Of a stretch of 64,000 nucleotides of DNA, positions 25,460-38,100 are shown piece by piece. The stretch lies in IMG/VR virus record IMGVR_UViG_3300007231_000006. One strand, 5' to 3'. This stretch comes from an uncultured virus (IMG/VR IMGVR_UViG_3300007231_000006) (taxonomy: Duplodnaviria; Heunggongvirae; Uroviricota; Caudoviricetes). How positions within the stretch are numbered: the stretch's first letter is position 1; the number at the start of each line of letters is the position of its first letter. Under the pieces are notes generated by a model. That model saw nothing but the letters and a program-made list of their open reading frames with translations. It did no database searches and was not told where the DNA came from. Made by a program: the position numbers and the translations under genes.

Positions 25460-27462
25460 TTTTTTATAACTTTAAGAATGCTAGGTCTTCCGTTAACAAC
25501 TACTACTATCGTATATACGCCCGCGGAAAGCCCAGACACGTTTATACGGTTACTGCTGGTGGGCTCAACCACCACTTGCCCAAAACTGTTATAAATTGTA
25601 GTTTCACTTGTAGAAGTGCACTTAACGTACAGTTGATCTATTACAGGGTTAGGGTATAAACTTAAAGAGTTAGAGTAGTAATCTATATCTGTCGGCAGGC
25701 CTTGCTCGCAATATGAGTAAAGATCAACACAAGTGTTGTCCCAAGCTGTTTCGCAGCAATATGGGTCAACGTCTATAACCCAAGAGTAACAAACGTCGTT
25801 AGCCCAATATGGATCACCAGGTTCACCAGCACACCCAGCGTCGTACAAGCAATCATCCGTAGCTACGTTAGCAAACTCGTTGTAGTTCCAAGCGTCGACG
25901 TCAAAGCACCCTTCTACAATCGCCACGCAACTAGCATTATCTACGTTTGCTTCTGCGTCGAAGTTTATAGCGTCAATATCAGTGCAACCAAACACAGCTA
26001 ACGTGTCACACGACCCGTCTTCGAAATCAGCTTCAAAGCCTTGGTTGTAGTATTCTAAGTACCCAGCTTGAGTACATCCAGGGTTGTAGTAACAGCTCTC
26101 AATACCAGTGTTAGCTAGTTGATCGTAGTTAACCGCTGTAGTATCTAAGCAACCTTCCACTATCAACTCGCAATAGTCTTGGCATGAAGCCGCAGCGGTG
26201 TACTCGTATGGGAATTTTTTTATAGGATCTGTCCAGGGGTTTGTACCAGCTTCTATTATAAGCCCATTAGGCCCAGTTAAACTAAAACCACACTGAGCAG
26301 CTGTAGACTCTGCGTTGCCCTCTGTGAAAAAGAAAATACCAATTTGATCATAAGAGTTTAAGTTTAACACAAAGCTTTCTTCAAACCCGTCATCAGGACC
26401 CATTTGAAAAGGCCCATATACACTATCTCCCTGCGTAATCCCAAGCCAACTACCAAACCAACCGTCGCCACCTCCGTCTGTTATGATCAAAGAATATTCA
26501 CACATAGGGTACATTTCTAAAACGTTAGCACCCGCGTCGTAATTGTACATAGTTGAGTCTGTGCATCCTAAAGACACAAGCGTTAAGCAAGAGCCATCGT
26601 CTTGAATAGCTTCGGGGTTGTACTCTAAATAGTCAACATCCATACATCCTGCTTCTAACTCTAGAAAACACTCTTGTATCACAACCGTGTTTGATGACGC
26701 TGTATCAAATTGAGTTTGCTCTCCAACGAAGTAAAGAGTGTCGTCGCATAACGTAGTTAAAGAAAAACTTCCATCAACTCCACCCCAACAGGTTCCGCAA
26801 AACCCGTCGCCGAACGTGTCATAGACGCTTGCAACTAAGCTGTCACCTACGCTCAAGCAAAAAACATCAACTACGGAAGTGCCTACAGATGAGTAGCCAT
26901 AACCAGTAGCTACTGAGTCTCCGTTTACGGTTAAGTCCCACGACGTTTCTGTTGGGTAAGAATCTAATGTAGTTGTAGCGATAACAGTAACTTGATCTCC
27001 TTCACATTGAGCTGGCGGGAATACACAATCTTGCGGTACGTTAGCCCATGGGTTAAAGTTCAATGCTTCTGACTCCACACAGCCTAGCACAGGTGGAGGA
27101 CAAGGAAAAAGGCTAAAAGGTAGAACAAGCTCACTAGTGTTAAAATCATACACGTAGCTCTCAAGACCACACGCGTTGCTTAGACCAAAGTAACCCTCTC
27201 CAAAACCGCAGCATATGCCGTCTCCGAAAGAATCTGTGATAACAAACTCGTACTCTCCTGGTGGTATGTTTATAAGCTGCTCAGAATAAGAGTTGCCAAA
27301 TAGAACACCTGATTGAGCAACAACCTCACTTTCGCTGTTTAGTATCTGCCAGTTTGTTTCGCCAGCATAAGTGTCTGTCTGTAAGATCACATTAACCCAG
27401 CTTCCCTGCGCTGCCATGGTGCAACTTAAAGCTATGTATAGTAGTAGTAGTGTGTTTTTCAT
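25456..27462 (-). CDS. Secreted Cys-rich protein: DSFGDG modules, GCTD repeats, T9SS type A C-terminal sorting domain
   Basis: Signal peptide; ITDSFGDGICC; about 6 GC.D..A.NY repeats; LYPNPV..IYNSFGQ..INVSGLSAGVY..KVIKK. Confidence 0.82.
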   Translation of the reverse strand: MKNTLLLLYIALSCTMAAQGSWVNVILQTDTYAGETNWQILNSESEVVAQSGVLFGNSYSEQLINIPPGEYEFVITDSFGDGICCGFGEGYFGLSNACGLESYVYDFNTSELVLPFSLFPCPPPVLGCVESEALNFNPWANVPQDCVFPPAQCEGDQVTVIATTTLDSYPTETSWDLTVNGDSVATGYGYSSVGTSVVDVFCLSVGDSLVASVYDTFGDGFCGTCWGGVDGSFSLTTLCDDTLYFVGEQTQFDTASSNTVVIQECFLELEAGCMDVDYLEYNPEAIQDDGSCLTLVSLGCTDSTMYNYDAGANVLEMYPMCEYSLIITDGGGDGWFGSWLGITQGDSVYGPFQMGPDDGFEESFVLNLNSYDQIGIFFFTEGNAESTAAQCGFSLTGPNGLIIEAGTNPWTDPIKKFPYEYTAAASCQDYCELIVEGCLDTTAVNYDQLANTGIESCYYNPGCTQAGYLEYYNQGFEADFEDGSCDTLAVFGCTDIDAINFDAEANVDNASCVAIVEGCFDVDAWNYNEFANVATDDCLYDAGCAGEPGDPYWANDVCYSWVIDVDPYCCETAWDNTCVDLYSYCEQGLPTDIDYYSNSLSLYPNPVIDQLYVKCTSTSETTIYNSFGQVVVEPTSSNRINVSGLSAGVYTIVVVVNGRPSILKVIKK

Positions 27463-27816
27463 TTAAAAATCACTTAATAGTATATCGTCAATTATAAGCT
27501 GCAGGTCTTCCTGCGTAGCATTTACCTTAAAACTCAAGTCGGCTTGAAATCTTTTAACCTCATCGCCATTGAATATGATAACAGTAGGTACAACCACTAT
27601 GTTGTGATCTGTTTGCCACGTGCCTTTGTCTATATCAACTCTTACAACTTCGCAGTCAGTTAGTTCGTCTAAAAAACTTACAGAGTTTTGCTTATTCCAC
27701 GATGCGTTAAATTCAATAACACATAACTCGCTGTTGCAGGTTTCTTGTGCCAGCGTAACACCTCCGTAAAAACAAGAGGCCACTAAGATTGTAAAACTAA
27801 ACAGGATATTCTTCAT
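27463..27816 (-). CDS. Exported thioredoxin-fold protein lacking CxxC
   Basis: Signal peptide; VIEFNASWNKQN in place of FWAxWCxxC; VDID; VVPTVIIF..EVKR. Confidence 0.7.
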   Translation of the reverse strand: MKNILFSFTILVASCFYGGVTLAQETCNSELCVIEFNASWNKQNSVSFLDELTDCEVVRVDIDKGTWQTDHNIVVVPTVIIFNGDEVKRFQADLSFKVNATQEDLQLIIDDILLSDF

Positions 27817-27822
27817 GTCTTA

Positions 27823-28107
27823 TTATTTCAGTTCATCGAGCTTAGCTTCAATCCTCTTCATATCGTCTTTAATCTCTTTGACGTCTTCTTGAGTTGTCAT
27901 TATAGTAGCCCTAATCATTTGATCTTTCATGTCAAACTCCATTCGCGTGACCTCAGGGTCTGGAGGTTTAGGCAGCTCTTTAGCTTTCTGTATATCAGCT
28001 TGTAAAACAAACCACATACTTATAACGCTTACCATTGCTATCCCAACACCAACTAGCGTTTTAACGCTTACATGAAAACCAGTGTTTTCGTCTAATTCTT
28101 TTGCCAT
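27823..28107 (-). CDS. Single-TM membrane protein with C-terminal coiled coil (start reassigned to MAKELD)
   Basis: Hydrophobic TLVGVGIAMVSVISMWFVL; Pro linker; heptad C-terminus. Confidence 0.7.
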   Translation of the reverse strand: MAKELDENTGFHVSVKTLVGVGIAMVSVISMWFVLQADIQKAKELPKPPDPEVTRMEFDMKDQMIRATIMTTQEDVKEIKDDMKRIEAKLDELK

Positions 28108-28124
28108 TGATAAAATGTTATATC

Positions 28125-29165
28125 TTAAAAGATCACACAGTTTAACCCACACTTAAAGTTGTACCACTCACGATTCCAGTACCTGTTGTATTTACCTTCA
28201 ACAAAGAAACCTAAGTTGCGGTTTACCTTGTATCCAACTATCAACCCAGCTGAGTAATCCACCCATTGGCCACCTACAAAATTGTTGTATAAAAAATCAT
28301 CACCATTATCATAGTGCATAGGCATAACGCTACCCCAGGAGTGTAGCCAAAAGCTTTTCGTGTAGTGATACAGGTCAAATCCTAATACTATAGAGTGTTG
28401 AACTAGATTATTTAGTTCGTTTCTTTTCTTTTTAGAGTAGTCAAGTATAACGTTAGGTATAACAACTTCTTCCCAGACCTCGTGGCTGGTAGCTACAAGC
28501 TCACCGCTTGGGTTGTAGAACTCGCCATTAGTAACGTCAACAGTGTAACCCTCTTGTATAGCTAAGTACGTATAGTGTATATCTCCATTTTCTAAAATCC
28601 AATCAGAAAGAGGATTGTAACCATATGGCTCTGCCAGTCTTTGAGCTAGCCCTAAATTGAACGAGAGCTTCTTACCGATCTTCTGTCTATATCTTTCTGA
28701 AGCCTCGACGTAGGAGACATCAGCAAAGCCATCTTGAAGGAATTGACACTTTAGTATATATCGATCACCTACGTATCTCAAAAAGTGGTCTTGATCCAAG
28801 AACTCTTGACCCATTTGCCTTTTGTACTTAATCTCAGAAAGAAACTCTAGTCCGTTTCTTTTACCTATGTTAGCGGCATCTGACAAAGACTCCTCAGACC
28901 CGTCGTAAAAAACATTAGCCCTATTTTCGTAACCAAACCTAGCAATTTTCCTAACACCTATGGTTAGGCTATAGTCGTATGGTGTTTCTTGAAGCGTAGA
29001 GCCTAAGCCGTTCGCTACCGAGTACACGGTTTGATCTGCTATTGAGTTGCTTCCGCTTGCCGCGGCGTAAAACGTAGAGAATTTAAAAGCATCCTTTAAT
29101 ACCTGAGAGCTAGCAACGCTGCATGTTAGCAACGTGGTAATTAATATTAATCGTGATAGTAACAT
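28125..29165 (-). CDS. Putative outer-membrane beta-barrel protein
   Basis: Signal peptide, aromatic amphipathic strands (YSAGLIVGYK, LGFFVEGKY), C-terminal Phe. Confidence 0.6.
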   Translation of the reverse strand: MLLSRLILITTLLTCSVASSQVLKDAFKFSTFYAAASGSNSIADQTVYSVANGLGSTLQETPYDYSLTIGVRKIARFGYENRANVFYDGSEESLSDAANIGKRNGLEFLSEIKYKRQMGQEFLDQDHFLRYVGDRYILKCQFLQDGFADVSYVEASERYRQKIGKKLSFNLGLAQRLAEPYGYNPLSDWILENGDIHYTYLAIQEGYTVDVTNGEFYNPSGELVATSHEVWEEVVIPNVILDYSKKKRNELNNLVQHSIVLGFDLYHYTKSFWLHSWGSVMPMHYDNGDDFLYNNFVGGQWVDYSAGLIVGYKVNRNLGFFVEGKYNRYWNREWYNFKCGLNCVIF

Positions 29166-32100
29166 AGTCCAGATTTATTTGATGTTTGCATCTTACAACG
29201 CTTGCCGTCGCTTTTAATGTGAGAGCACTGCTCTTTAACGCCGTCAGTCCGTTGCTCTGCTTCCTCATGTATGGTACAGAAGTTTTTACCTTCAACAACC
29301 TTTGTCCCGCATCTCTTACCAGCTCTGTTAACGGCTGCGCAAAGTATGTTTTCTTCACCTTGCGCTCTTTCTTCCTCTTGAATCTCTAAGTTCTCGTCTT
29401 CAACTTTTTGATCCTCTTCTTCTCTCTCTTTTTCTCTTTCAACTTTTCTTTCTTCCCTTCTTTTTTCTGTAGCAGCATCTCTAAGATCTCTAACTTCTCC
29501 TTTAGCATCAGTGAGAGACTGGTTCTGGATACCTAGACTCCAACTACTCCACCCAAGTGCTAATGCTATTCTTTTCCACATTTCGTTTTCTGAATTTAAA
29601 GCTTCCTTTATGTTACTAAACTTGTTGTAAGCTCTGCTTAAGGGCAGGTTTGTTAACGCTTCTGTAGCCGTGAATATAGCATCATAAGCAGGGTTGTCTA
29701 TATCTGTCTTACTCATGTGGTCAATAACCTCGTTGTTAAACTCCCACGTTTGGGCAGCGCTGTATAGCTTTCTAGCTTTAATACCTATAGGTGGAGAAAG
29801 ATTCAAGGCTTCAAGCAGAGTGTAGGCGTGATCTGGCTGTGTAAAGAACACACCATCATTGTCTTTTTCTTGCTCTTGAGCAAATCTTATTATCACGTTC
29901 TTTAAAGTCGAAACAACAGCACCACCTATTCCAGCTCCTCTAAGGATACCGTCCACCATGCCGTTTACTACACGTTCTTTCTTTTTAGCGTTTTTATCTT
30001 CGTCGTCTTCTTCGTCGTCGTCAAACAACATAGCAAACATAGCGTTTTGCAAACTATAGAATATAGCGTTTTGTATTGCGCCGTAATAAAGTATCTTTGA
30101 TATATGCGTTTTTGCATCGCCTCTACCGTTAACTAGATCTTGAGCCGCCTTTTTAATAAGACGGTTGTATTGCATTGGTGTGTTCTGAAAAGCAAGTATC
30201 AACTTACCCAGTGGCGAGGCCTGCTGTTGGGATATTCTATCTGGTCGAGCGGACTGTTGCGTTTCCTCTGCAATCTCCATGAAGTCTAGAAAAGCTTTAG
30301 CTTCAGCGTCAGCTTTGTTCATACCTTCAGCCATCAAAGACTTTATCCTATTTCTATACATGGTAGCGCCACCGCTTGCGATTGCAAAACTGTCAGCTAT
30401 CTGCGTAGGTGTAAAACCAACCTGCAGCAAGTAACCCATAGCTGCTCTAGCAGGGTTCTTGGCCCCTCTAACAGCTTCCATCAACTCAGCAGTGTTAACG
30501 TCTTGGGTCAAACCAGATCTTCTTTGCTTCAAGAAGTCAGAGTTGAATATCATAGACATGTCAGCCCAGTACTGTTTCTGATTACCAAATGCCGCTGCTG
30601 CTTTCAACGGGTTGTTATCGCTCCAGTTTATAAAGTTTACCGTAGATAGAGTCTGAAGTACTGCTGATCTAGAGTTGAAGAACATCGTCGCGCCAATAGA
30701 ACCGTTGATCCAGTTCATAAAGTTGTTGAGTAGTCTTCCTTGGCCTTTAGAACGGTTACTACCAGTCTCCATCCTGAACAAAGAGTCTTCTAAAGCTTCT
30801 CTAAAGTTAGAGCCATAGACGGCCTCTATCTTGTTCATGTTAGCGTCGTTGAATATGACTTTAACATTATTCTTCCACTGGTCCAGGTATGTCCCTCTTG
30901 CAATGTCTAGGGCATCCTTTAGATCTGTAGTGATATTACCGGCCAACCAGTCGTTACCTGCTTGTTGAAGCCCTCCAGGCATTTGAGCTATACTAGAGAC
31001 TGTTTCAGCAAATTGCTTAAGATCAGCATTGTTCTCCACTTTTTTAACTAGCGTATCAGTGTCAGCCTGTGATAAACCGGGTACAGTAAGCCCTGCTTTA
31101 ACCCAGTTGTAAACCCTGACAGCGTGCTCGTTGGTGTATTCAGTTCCTGGAATTGTTTTCTTAAGTAGGTTTTTAACGCCAGGCATAGCCTTCTTAAGAG
31201 CTCGCATATCGCTCGCGACGACTGTTTGAACAGCGTTCAAGTGCCTAATGCCTTTTGAGTAAGGATCGAACAAATGCTCTTTAAACCAAGCATGGTGCTT
31301 TTCCCCTTGCTTACCTTTACCTAAAAAACTATACATTAAACCAGCGAAGTCATCCGCTGAAGGCGGTATAAAGAACTTGTACTTACCCTTGTCCTTGCCT
31401 CTTTGTCTTGCTTTCGCAGGAGAGAAAGTTTTTTCAGCTTTAACGCCTTTGGTTTGCTCAAGCGTTATGTTAAACTCTTTATTAAGGTCTGCAGCGCCTT
31501 CGTCAATAATACCGTCCATCACCACTGGTGCTTTCTTGCTAAACTGGACTTTAGCTAACTGCACCACACCTTTAACGTCGAAACGGTTAAACATGTCTTT
31601 AACAGCATCAACGTTTTGTAGTGCGTCGTCAGCAAAGTAAAGATCATTATACCCATTTGCTATTAAGTTCTCAGCGATCCAACTGGCTTTAGCTTGGCCC
31701 GTTGAGTTACCTAGACCTTTGATGTTCTCCATAGGTATGTTAAGACCAACACCTTTTAGAAACTCGTATATAGCCTGCTGAGCTTGAGGTGCTCTAGCGG
31801 TAAGTATAAACTGATCTTTTGTCCCAAACTTCTTAGCTCTTTCAAGAGCTTTGTTAAGCAGTGGTCCTGGCTTGCCTTCAGTAACTTTATTAAACTCAGA
31901 GAAATCAAACTCATAACCATCAGCTAGAAGTTCACTACCCTGTGTTGCAAATTCTTCCGCGCTTAGCTTTCCTTTAACGCCGTCAGGACTAGTGAACAAT
32001 ACGTCTGACTTAGTTCTAGCTAATGTATCGTCAAAATCCCAGACGCTTGCTCCTTTAGGTTTTTTAGAAAAACTAATACCCCTGTAGGCTTCGTTTAAAG

Positions 32101-35100
32101 CCTGAATATCCGAGGCTTTCACGTCTGTTTTAGAGTCTAAAGCTTTAGCGGCTTCAACAAAGTTTTTTCCAACAAACTCTGCTGGAGTGCCTTTTTTAGC
32201 AGGATCTATACTTCTAATAGCCCTTAGTCTTGGATCTCTAAAGGTTTTCATGTTATAGTTTCTAGAGCCTCCATCTGCCGGTGATCTTCGTTGGTACCCA
32301 GCCTCTACAATCACCCTATCCATTGATTTAGGTATGACCTGCACCTTATAGTTCTCCCAAACATTGTTGTTCAGCTCTCCTTCATTAAGGTAAGAGTGTA
32401 ATATCTTTATAGCGACCTCTTCTTGAGGCACCATGTGTTCATACTCTGTAACTTTTCCTATTGACTTACCTTTTTTTGCTGCGTCTGCAATCAACTGTTC
32501 GGTTCCCTCTGCAATGTACTCTGCTGGCGCCGCTCTTCTAATAGGAGCCTGCATGCCTGAACCCATGCTCGTGACAATCATAGCAAAATCAGCGTAGTCA
32601 TAACCTCCTTCCTTCGAGTTTATTCTTTCCCAGTAAAAATCAAGAGCTGTCTTAACTGCTTTTCTGGCTTTATCTGCCTGAGCTTTTCTTGATTCAAACT
32701 CACGTAAAGGGTTTGTTTCGACGCCTTTCAAAAAAGCCTTAGAGCTTTCTCCCAGCAAAGTTGTTTCTAGCTTGACCCCATTTAAAGAGTATCCTTTACC
32801 GCTTTTCTTCAACGACTCTAGTCCAGGTATAGATCTAAGCGTATTTATAAAGTCAGCTTGATTAGAAAATATTTGTTTTCTATTTTTTGGTGGCTTTCCG
32901 TCTTTGTTAATAGAGTCTTTTACTAACTGGTCCCACGCAGGGTTGTCGATAACCACGTTGTCGTCGACAACAAACCTACCGTCAGCCATTTTAGCAGCTC
33001 TTGAGTACATACCAGAAAAGTAAGCAATCATAATCTCTGCCGCTTCTTGTAAGGAAGAACCTTCCTCAACCATCTTGTTGCCTATACCTACTACAGCGGC
33101 TCTGTTTCTTTGAACCCTGTCTGCTTCTAAAAAGTGAGCTCCAATTGGGATTGTTTTTCCTTTAGAGTTTTTAGGTAAAACATCTCTTAAAGCGCCTATA
33201 ATACCTGGGTCTAAGCTTTCTTGAGCAAAGTTGTCATTTAAAAACTCATCAAGAGACTTCGGTACACCCACTACTTTCGCTCCAGCTTTGTGAGCAGAGA
33301 CAATTCTGTTGTAGTCTTTAGTTTGTTCCCATATGTTCTTCGCTATAGCTTTTCTTTCTCTATTAGAAAACCCTAGCTCATCTGTTAAAACGCTTGCGAC
33401 AGCTATTTCCACGGACTTTAAATCAGCTGGATTAGAAGCCGCAACTTGTTTTGCCAAAGAGTCAAACTGTTCGGTAAATTGATCTTTGTTTTTATCAGAG
33501 ACCTTTTTGCTAAACATAACCTCTGATCTTCCATCACCCAACAAAGCAACCGTTGCTTCGGCGAACGTGCCGTTTTCTAAAGCGTTTTCTCTAATAGCTT
33601 GGTTAGCAACTATCACAGCTGTTTGATTAACCATAGCTTTAATCGCCCCGTCAAACTTCTTGTTACCGTCAAGCGTTCCGTCTGGTTTGATACCAAACAA
33701 AGCGTTAAACTCTTCTGTTGTAACGTCAGTTCTTTTAGTTTGAGAAAACTTACCTTGTGTTCCAGCTCCTTCAGCAGCTTTTACTCTACCACCTTTCTCG
33801 TACAACTCGCTTAGCTTGCTTTTTGCGACGCCCGTGGCCTGACCACTTCTAGTCTCACCTTCTGGTAGTAACTCTAAAAGTGCTTTTGAGTTTTTCTTTA
33901 TATACTCTTGAGCAGCTTTTCTTTGCGCTCCATTTAAGTCAGCTGGCTTAACAATTCTTTTTGCCTCTATACCAAACTCAGTCGCTACAGCGTCTAACAC
34001 GCCTGAAAGCGAAGAGCCAGGGGTTGACGTTAGCTTCTTAACGCCTTTATATGTTAGTCCCTCAAGGTTAACTTTAGCGTCGTTCACAACGGTCTCAATG
34101 CCAGAGATGACCTTAGGAGACATACTTAAAGACTCAGCTGCCTTAACACCCTGTCTCTTTCTTCTTCTCACTCTAGGCCTGTTCCTAGACCCTACAGACA
34201 GATCCTGTTCTTCAAAACTTGTTGTGCTTTCGTCTACTTCAGCTTCTATCTGAGCAGCAAAAGAATCTCCTCCTCCAGAATCCATACTTGCGTCAATAGA
34301 AACAGTAGCAAGTTGGTTGTCCTCCTTGTACTTGTTCATGACGTCGCCTTTGGCTCTGTAGATAATAGAACGTCCTGCGCCTCCAGATACACCGGTTAAC
34401 CAACCAAACAAACTATCGTTTTTGGCTACGTCGTAGTTTTTTAAAAACCGTTCGCCTATATTACTCTTAACCTTTACTGTAAAATCACGTAGCGCGTCAG
34501 GTGGTAAACCAAGGTCAGTCATACCTTGTTGGATAAGACCGTCTAGAGTTCTACCTTCAACCAGGTGTAAGTAAGCCTCGTAATATTCTGGCGCAACCTT
34601 AAATTCTTCGTTATTCTCAAACTTTCTATCACCGGCTTCGTCTTGAACAAAAGTGTCAATCTCGCTTTTCATGTCAGGGTTTGCCCGCATGTTTGAATCC
34701 ACTGCTCTTGAAAACTGAGCCCGCTGTTTTTCCTCAACGGCTTTAGCAACACCGGCGTCTCTTTTTTCCTGAGCCTCTTGAATTAGCCCTCCACTAGCGC
34801 CTTCAGCTGTAAGTCGAGAGATTCTAGCATCCTTCTTACCTTTGTTAAGCGATCTATGAAAGTCCTTCATAAAATTCCTAACATCGTTGCTAGTATCGAA
34901 CTTTATATCACGGTTTATTTTGAGTTGAAAGATTCTTCTGAAAAAATCCTTGAGCCTACCCATAGCAGAGTCATCTATAGTTATATCACCGTTAGCCATT
35001 AACTCTGAAACAATAGCTAAGGTCTCTTCTCCTTGCTCTCCTTTCTTATATTCTTTCAACCGCGCTTTAAGTATCGCGGACCCTTTTTTAGTTATGTTAA

Positions 35101-38100
35101 CGCCTTTCCCTCCAGCGTAAGATCCGTCATCTTGGATACCAAGTATTTCATCAACCTTCGTGCCTAGCGCGGCTCTAACCTCAGGGTCTCGCTTGACGGT
35201 ATTATACAACGCAACGTGCATGAACTCGTGAGCTCCAGTCGTTATCATACCGTCTTTAAGTGATGTTTCTTTATTGATAAAGATAGTGTACGAATCAAGC
35301 TCCCCATTTTCGTTAAAGTTAGGCGTCATAAGACCGTAGTTTTCCCCTACCCCTTCTCTTTTCGCTTTATTTAACGATACAGAATATTCAGCCCCTTGGT
35401 CCAAAGCCTGTTGAGCAGCGGCTTTATCCCCAGCTGAGGCATTAGGGTCTTGTACGATGCCCTCTAGTTTCTTTCTAATTTCAGGTGTATTAATCCTGGC
35501 CACCTCTTCCACGAAAGCCTTAGAGCTACCTTCTACTACGTTGACCTTTTTTCCTCCGGCTTTTTCAACCTCTTTAGATCTGTTTCTTAGAACCTCTACA
35601 GATTGCTTGTACTTCTTAGTGTTTTCCTCGCTTGGGTATTTCTGTAATATACCTTGCTTTTTTGCGATGTTCTGCGCAAACTTCGCTTCAAGTTTTTGGA
35701 CTTCTCTTTCTCTCTGCTCCTCCGTTAAACCGCTGTCTTCACTGCTTAAAGCATTGTACTTTCTTGACAACCCGTTATTAGCTCTTTCTATCTCTAGCAA
35801 AGCAGACTTATCATTATCCTCTAACGCATCTACACGCTGGACGTCTATCTCTATTGCTTTCTTGTTTTGTTGCACCAGTTCTGCAACTTCAGTTTCAAGC
35901 TCTACCCGAGCATCAACGCTTAATCCACCGCTAGCAATCAAGTCCTCTATCTGGTTTATTCTAGCAAAGTTTTCGTTAAGGACTTGCCTACCGTTGTTTG
36001 ACTGGAAAGGAGCTATAGCATGTTTAAATAAAACAGGAGACTTTATGGTGGAGCTAATCATAGCACCACTAACAAAAGACTCAGCTAAATCATCAAAAAG
36101 CCCTACGTCTTTACTTCCTGACATAATATCTAAACCGTTTCCAGCTAGCGTTGCCAGAACCTCAGAACCGCCTTCTTCAGTGAGATCCAGTAAGTTGTTA
36201 CGCATTAACTGGCTATCAAAAACATTTTGTCTAAGGTACTTAGCGTAACCTTGTACTCCGCCTGTTCTTAAAGAGCTTTTACTTAAGTTAAAACCAGTCT
36301 TCTTAAGTTGTCCTAATGTTACTTTTTCAGACAAAGCCTCAGCCGTGCCTTTAAGAGTAGATACCGTAAGCATTTGTGCAAAATTATAATCTTGCCCGTA
36401 CAGACCTCCGCTTTCTTCAAAAGCATTTCTTTTATCCTCCATAGCAGAGTAAGAAGCTCCAGCCGAACTCGCGCCCATCATATACAAAGAAAGCCCACCA
36501 GAAGCGTACATTAAAGCTAGGTTTGGTATCTGACCAGCAATCATGACGCCTGCGTATTCTCCAAGATCACTAAAACTGTCAATGTCTCCGTAAGCCATAG
36601 GAGCTTGGATGTTACTGGCTACGTTAGCTTGCCATCCGTCAACACTCGCTTTTATGCTCTGCCTTGTATCGCCAGAGTACCAACTAACCGGACCTGTCGT
36701 AAACCTTGCCAAGTCCACGGCTGATTTAATTGTATCTAAATTGTCGTATCCCTTGTCTTCTAGACTAGAGATAACAGAATCTGCAAGCGCGCCTAAAGGA
36801 TTTATCATGTAAACCGCATCGGCTAATCCTTGTCCAAGGTCTACAGCGGCACTAGCAAGCGACCAAGCCATTTGAGTGCCTAACTGGTGGTTATCACCTA
36901 TGTAATCAGTAAACACACTTAGTTCGTCCTCTTCTAACTGCAAGGTCTCAAACTCGTCACCTAAGGTGCCGTATGCTGTAACAAGCGCTTTGTGGTTGTT
37001 TGCGTATTTGTTTGCTTCGCTAGATTTCTCTTTATACTGCGAAACTAAAGCCTGTATCTCAGACTTCGCTTTGTCAACCTGGTCTTGCGTAGTGTAACTA
37101 CCTTCAGCAATAGCCTTGATCTTTGCTTCAACGTCACCTAAGTCGTTTAATTCTTTCATCGCGCTGTCTAGCGCCTTACTATTGCTCTCTAAAGCAATCG
37201 CTGTTACGTTGAGTTTTTTAGCTAGAACAGCGTCGTTCTCTTTTAACAGCTCTAATCTACCATCAGCTGTGTCTTCAATTGCTCTTTGAGCATCTTTTTT
37301 GGAAAACAAATTACCAGCTTGTAAGCCGGCAATGGCTTCAATTCCTCCAGTGTCAAAACTCACTTCGGTGTATTCTGACATGCCCCAGTCTGACGGTAAG
37401 TTCTCAACAAACTCTGCTACGTTTTTTTGAACAGACTCAGCATCGCCTGCTCTAGATGCGTTACCTATAACGGCCTTTCTAAGATCCGGGTCGTCGACCC
37501 GCACATTGTTGTAGGTGTCTTCAAAACCTTCTGGCCAAGACTCACGGTCGTTTACGTCTATAACTGTGTTATTGAGCTCTAATTGCTGAGCGTGAGTGTA
37601 TCCATTTTCTTCAGCAAACCTAGCTTTTGCGGTGTTAATTTTTGCCTGCTGAAACTCAGGAGCATTGTTATAAGCGTCATTCCGAGCTATTACCTCTGAA
37701 TACGAGTCTATATCGTCTTCTTTAATACGCTCGTCGACGTACTTCTCTCTCGCCCTCGCCCATCCTCCAGTGACATCATCGTACTCGCTTTTGTACTTAG
37801 CCACATACGCGAGTCTCCCCTCTTCAGCATAGGCATCTCTTAACTCTTTCTCTTTTTGCTCCTCCTCGTCCCTTGTGATTGACCCAAATCCTGAGTCAAA
37901 CTCTGCTACGGTTCGAGCAGTTTGGCTACGGTTGTTGTAATCTTTTCTTGCGATAAGCTCATTGTCAGCCTCTTGCTCTTCTGTAACAGAGGTATCTTCT
38001 AACGCTTGATCTAGAGTTGAGTCGGACTCTGTGGAATACTCCTTATACACAGGTTTTTGGGCAACTATGAACTCGCTGGCATCTTCATCTCTTAGTTTTG

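Noticed and set aside
32021..32038. DFDDT as the catalytic motif of a crAss-like virion RNA polymerase
   Set aside because: It is not DxDxD; downstream LTAR, K and FADD fit a HAD phosphatase. A very divergent RNAP elsewhere in the protein cannot be excluded by eye.
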